A DNA stretch of 64,000 nt from Phormidesmis sp. (GTDB lineage: Bacteria; Cyanobacteriota; Cyanobacteriia; Leptolyngbyales; Leptolyngbyaceae). The DNA lies in assembly GCA_965248535.1 (NCBI GenBank), contig CBDFJR010000005.1:288001-352000 (forward strand), given 5' to 3'. Positions 63,902 to 64,000 of the stretch are shown here, piece after piece. Position numbers and translations under genes: made by a program. Numbering within the stretch: the first letter of the stretch is position 1; each line of letters begins with the position of its first letter. Below the pieces are notes generated by a model that was not told where the DNA came from, ran no database searches, and saw only the letters and a program-made list of their open reading frames with translations.

Positions 63902-64000
63902 ATGTTAAAAACACTGTGGGCTACGGTTCGGCAGGGAAAAATTGAGCTATTGGAGTCAGCCGAACTACCAGAAGGGGTAAGAGTACTGGTAACAGTCTTG
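63902..64000 (+). CDS. Antitoxin-like protein (DUF104/AF2212-like), 3'-truncated by window
   Basis: MLKTLWATVRQGKIELLESAELPEGVRVLVTVL. Confidence 0.6.
   Translation, partial: MLKTLWATVRQGKIELLESAELPEGVRVLVTVL

Overview
Core chromosomal segment of a cyanobacterium. The HIP1 octamer GCGATCGC is very abundant, and the gene set is typically cyanobacterial (kdpABGC, crtD, Tic20, XisH/XisI, Uma2, minCDE); a Leptolyngbya/Phormidesmis-like filamentous lineage is my inference. Housekeeping genes include tsf, rpsB with its t44 leader, argG, rpsF, cobA, rluD, gatA, ssb, a C-terminal protease, fabG, minCDE and hemW. No rRNA, tRNA, CRISPR array, transposase or integrase was recognised. Three accessory structures stand out. 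(1) A defence/toxin-antitoxin island at 45.8-50.3 kb: three two-gene modules are each preceded by a copy of an approximately 100-bp repeat that encodes the C-terminus of a cyanobacterial NACHT-type protein, while the parent gene is absent from the window. (2) An integron gene-cassette array at 62.3-64 kb: an attI-like site, two attC sites and GNAT, ankyrin and antitoxin cassettes, with no integrase at the usual position. (3) At the position where intI would sit, a divergent, highly structured transcript with a 39-aa leader peptide; its stop codon lies in the loop of a hairpin that sequesters the RBS of a 124-aa orphan gene. All family calls come from recognising motifs by eye, not from database searches.
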